Of a stretch of DNA of 64,000 nucleotides, positions 60,835 through 64,000 are shown piece by piece (the first letter of the stretch is position 1; the number at the start of each line of letters is the position of its first letter). A program made the translations under genes and the position numbers. Under the pieces are notes generated by a model. That model did not search any database, was not told where the DNA came from, and saw only the letters and a program-made list of their open reading frames with translations. The DNA comes from Thermoplasmata archaeon (GTDB lineage: Archaea > Thermoplasmatota > Thermoplasmata > RBG-16-68-12): assembly GCA_035636595.1 (NCBI GenBank), contig DASPYU010000023.1, forward strand, positions 85,846 through 149,845, read 5' to 3'.

Positions 60835-61437
60835 TTTCGCAGGATCCTACAAAAAGAGTGACTGGCGCATTTCGCCCTTTTGCAATATACTTCAAAAACG
60901 CCTCCACACGAGGCCATGCCCTCATGGTCTCGATTGCCCGCCGGGTGGGTAGGCTTTTCGAAGAACCTTCAAAACCACCGGCGGGAGCACACCACATTTC
61001 GAAGAATCCTACAAAACCGGTACTTTCGCTCATCTCCCCCTGGAGCGTTCATAGGTCCGAAAGTCCTACTTCTTTCAATGCGCGGAATGCGGTCCCATCT
61101 GGTGCGCGATCGCCTCCAGTCTTTCGCGCGCGCTCAACGAAGTCGATCGCTAGAGATCGTTTCGTACGACATTCCGGGACACGACAAAGCGCTGTCGGTG
61201 CAGATTGCACGTTTCGTCTTCGGCTCTCGAACGAAAGCGCGAGTTCGCGGTGGACTCAAGGAGTACCACTATCCAGGGTTCATCGAGAAAGAGGGAGTGG
61301 TTTGGCTAGGGCAATCCGTTTTTCTGTTGACGCCGCATCGATCCCGAGAGCTGCGCGACTTTCTCGGCGCCGGCAGCGTCGCATACGGCCATCTCAACGT
61401 CCGAGTCGACAAGGGGCTTTTGAAGAATCCTACAAGA
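60835..61437 (+). repeat. Five degenerate ~20-bp direct repeats, consensus TTT(C/T)GAAGAATCCTACAAAA
   Basis: Copies at 60835-54, 60878-97, 60956-74, 60997-61016 and 61418-37; each has TTT(T)G...CAAAA self-complementary ends. Confidence 0.75.
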
Positions 61438-61536
61438 GACTCAGGCGCGGTCCGCGACTCCAGTGATGGGTCTGGATTTATTCGAAGGCTGATACATCTT
61501 TATATCGCGCGCGTTCATCCAGCCGCGAATGCCTGA
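61078..61536 (+). CDS. Cas2/VapD-like small protein (ferredoxin-like fold predicted)
   Basis: IVSYDIP...YPGFIEKEGVVWLGQSVFLL matches the Cas2/VapD YD(I)...(Q)SVF pattern; the C-terminal ~40 aa look like read-through. Confidence 0.55.
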   Translation: MRGMRSHLVRDRLQSFARAQRSRSLEIVSYDIPGHDKALSVQIARFVFGSRTKARVRGGLKEYHYPGFIEKEGVVWLGQSVFLLTPHRSRELRDFLGAGSVAYGHLNVRVDKGLLKNPTRDSGAVRDSSDGSGFIRRLIHLYIARVHPAANA

Positions 61537-64000
61537 GAGCGAATACGAAGTCGAGCTTTTCCGGAAGCAAGGATTCTCTCGGCAAACGTGTTCGAAGTGC
61601 GGGAAAGCGTTCTGGTCCCTCGGGCAGCACGACACGTGTGGCGAGGCACCGTGCCAGGAGTACGACTTCATCGGCAACTCGCCATTCAAGAAGAAACTCA
61701 CGTACCGCGCGATGCGCGAGGACTTCCTGTCGTACCTCGAGCAGAACGGCCACACGCGAATCAAACGCTATCCGATCGTGGCGCGCTGGCGCGAGGACGT
61801 CTTCTTCGTGCAGGCCAGCGTCTATCCGTTCCAGCCGTGGGTCATCAGCGGCGAGGCGAGCCCGCCGGCGAACCCGCTCGCGATCAGCCAGCCCTGCGTG
61901 CGCTTCCTCGACGTCGACAACGTCGGCAAAACGGGCCAGCACTTCACGATGTTCGAGATGATGGCCCACCACGCATTCAACTTCCCCGGCAAGTTCGTGT
62001 ACTTCAAGGATCACACGGTCGAACTGTGCCATGGTTTCCTGACGGAGCGGCTGGGCCTCGCGCCGGAGACCGCGCGGTACAAGGAGTCATGGTGGGAGGG
62101 GGGCGGGAACAGCGGGCCCTGCTTCGAGGTCGTCTTTGGCGGCGCCGAGCCCGCGACACTCGTGTTCATGATGAACCGAGAGGTCAACGGACACCGCGTG
62201 CCGATGGACACCACGGTCGTCGACACGGGCTACGGACTCGAGCGCCTGACGTGGCTCTCCCAAGCGACGACGTCCGCCTACGAGGCCGTGTTCGGGGAGG
62301 CGCTCGCCTACCTGAAGCGCGCGACCGGCGCGAAGCGCGTGGATGAGCGCGTCCTGAGAGAGTACTCGAAGGTCGCGGGGATGCTGAAGGTCGAGGACCT
62401 TGGGGACATCCGGGAGATCCGGCGGCAGACCGCGGAGCGCGTCGGGATCTCCGTCGACGAGCTCGTCGCGCAGGTCTCGCCGCTCGAATCGCTGTACACG
62501 GTGTGCGACCACTCGCGCGCCTTGATCTTCCTCCTTGGAGATGGCGTCGTCCCGTCGAACAGCCGCGAGGGCTACTTCGCGCGCCTCCTGATCCGACGCG
62601 GGCTGCTCGCGCTGAAAGATCTGAACATCACGTACAGCCTCGCCGACACGGTCAGCTTCATGATCGACCAGATCCGCGAGGACTATCCGGAGTTCTTCTT
62701 CAACAAGGGGGACATCCTCAAACTCCTGAAGGTCGAGGAGGCGCGGTTCAAGGAGACGCTGGAAAAGGGCCGCGCGACCGTTGGGAAGATCGCGGACGAA
62801 CTGAAGGCGGCCAACAAGCCGTTCGACGTCGACACCCTGATCCAGCTGTATGATAGCCACGGGCTGAACCCCGACGTCGTGCAGGAGTTCACGGACTTGC
62901 CCGTCGAAGTGCCGGACGACTTCTATGCGCGCGTGGCGGCGCGCCACGATCGTCCGACCGCGGCCGAGCCCGCGAAGAAGGTGGCGGTCACCCGCGACCT
63001 GCCTCCGACGAAGCTCCGCGTCTACGAGGACCGCCGCAAGCGGACGTTCCGGGCGAAGGTCACCGCGGTCGAGGGAGACGTCGTCGTGCTGGACCAGACG
63101 TACTTCTATCCGGAAGGCGGCGGTCAAGAGGCGGACCACGGAACCATCGCGGACCACGAGGTCTACGACGTGCAACGCGTGGGTCCGTCCGTCCTTCACT
63201 TCGTCCGGGGCGACGCGAAGCCCCTCCTCGGGAAACGGGTGGCGTGCGCGATCGACGGCGAGCGTCGCGAGGCGCTGATGCGGAATCACACGGCCACGCA
63301 CATCGTCCTCGGCGCCGCGCGCAAGGCCCTCGGGAACCACGTCTGGCAGGCGGGGGCTCACAAGGCCGCGGACATGGCGCGCCTCGACATCACGCACTTT
63401 GACGCCCTCACCGATGCCGAGTTGGCGAAGATCGAGCAGCTCGCGAACGACGAGGTCCTCGACGGACGCCAGGTGCGAGCGAAGTTCATGGCCCGCGATC
63501 TCGCGGAGCGGAAGTTCGGGTTCCGACTGTACCAGGGGGGTTCCGTACCGGGTGGGGAGCTGCGCGTCGTCGAGATCCCAAAGTGGGATGTGGAGGCGTG
63601 CGGCGGGACGCACGTCGCGCGGACGAGCGATGTCTCGCTGATCAAGATCCTCCGTTCCACGCGGATCCAGGATGGCGTCGTGCGCCTCGAGTACGTCGCG
63701 GGCAAGGGCGCTTACCAGGCCGCGCGAAAGCAGGCCGAGGAACTCGGCCGCGTCGCGGACATCCTCTCCGTGCCGCGGGACCAGATCGTCCCCGCGACGG
63801 AGCGCCTCGTGGCGGAGTGGAAGGAATACCGCAAGGTCGCGCATCAGGCGACGGACGAGCGCGCGACGGCGAAGGCCCGCGCGGAGATCGACACCGCGAA
63901 AGGGACGTGGCCGATCCTCCGGGACGAGGTCTCGCAAGGCGTCGGCTTCATGCTCTCCATGTCGAAGGCGACCGCCTCCGAGCCGCGGGCGACGGGCATC
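61529..64000 (+). CDS. alaS: Alanine--tRNA ligase (archaeal type), truncated by window end
   Basis: Manual translation from ATG 61529 (TTTATA box upstream): CSKCG...CGEAPC, QPCVRF, FEMMAHHAF, VDTGYGLER, DHSR, YPEGGGQEAD, NHTATH, CGGTH. Confidence 0.97.
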   Translation, partial: MPESEYEVELFRKQGFSRQTCSKCGKAFWSLGQHDTCGEAPCQEYDFIGNSPFKKKLTYRAMREDFLSYLEQNGHTRIKRYPIVARWREDVFFVQASVYPFQPWVISGEASPPANPLAISQPCVRFLDVDNVGKTGQHFTMFEMMAHHAFNFPGKFVYFKDHTVELCHGFLTERLGLAPETARYKESWWEGGGNSGPCFEVVFGGAEPATLVFMMNREVNGHRVPMDTTVVDTGYGLERLTWLSQATTSAYEAVFGEALAYLKRATGAKRVDERVLREYSKVAGMLKVEDLGDIREIRRQTAERVGISVDELVAQVSPLESLYTVCDHSRALIFLLGDGVVPSNSREGYFARLLIRRGLLALKDLNITYSLADTVSFMIDQIREDYPEFFFNKGDILKLLKVEEARFKETLEKGRATVGKIADELKAANKPFDVDTLIQLYDSHGLNPDVVQEFTDLPVEVPDDFYARVAARHDRPTAAEPAKKVAVTRDLPPTKLRVYEDRRKRTFRAKVTAVEGDVVVLDQTYFYPEGGGQEADHGTIADHEVYDVQRVGPSVLHFVRGDAKPLLGKRVACAIDGERREALMRNHTATHIVLGAARKALGNHVWQAGAHKAADMARLDITHFDALTDAELAKIEQLANDEVLDGRQVRAKFMARDLAERKFGFRLYQGGSVPGGELRVVEIPKWDVEACGGTHVARTSDVSLIKILRSTRIQDGVVRLEYVAGKGAYQAARKQAEELGRVADILSVPRDQIVPATERLVAEWKEYRKVAHQATDERATAKARAEIDTAKGTWPILRDEVSQGVGFMLSMSKATASEPRATGI

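Noticed and set aside
60835-61016. Calling the repeats a CRISPR array
   Set aside because: The repeats are only ~20 bp and degenerate, the spacers are 22-23 nt with one 58-nt gap, and no cas1 or cas6 is present; reported as a repeat module instead

Overview
High-GC archaeal chromosomal window, most consistent with Thermoplasmatota/Thermoplasmata. This is inferred from archaeal-type AlaRS, TFB, thermosome, proteasome beta next to aCPSF1, Trm56 and TATA-box promoters. It is mostly housekeeping and acyl-CoA metabolism: carboxyltransferase beta, BirA, epimerase, two B12 mutase large subunits, a B12-binding subunit with MeaB, a thiolase-like/DUF35 cluster, acyl-CoA dehydrogenase, purM, pyrBI, tdh-kbl, rlmE, an Lhr helicase, an ABC exporter and an M1 aminopeptidase. 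Three tRNAs are present: Asn-GTT, Arg-CCT and a CAU tRNA (probably Ile2) with a 31-nt non-canonical T-loop intron. The most unusual elements are (i) an unidentified ~170-nt highly structured RNA candidate with its own TATA box (8876-9046), (ii) a lower-GC islet before alaS with a Cas2/VapD-like orphan gene and five degenerate ~20-bp palindromic repeats, (iii) a 1384-aa surface protein with a cytoplasmic longin-like domain in the same window as a Rab-like GTPase, and (iv) several unannotated small proteins. No integrase, transposase, rRNA or canonical CRISPR array was seen. All family assignments come from motif recognition by eye; no database searches were run.
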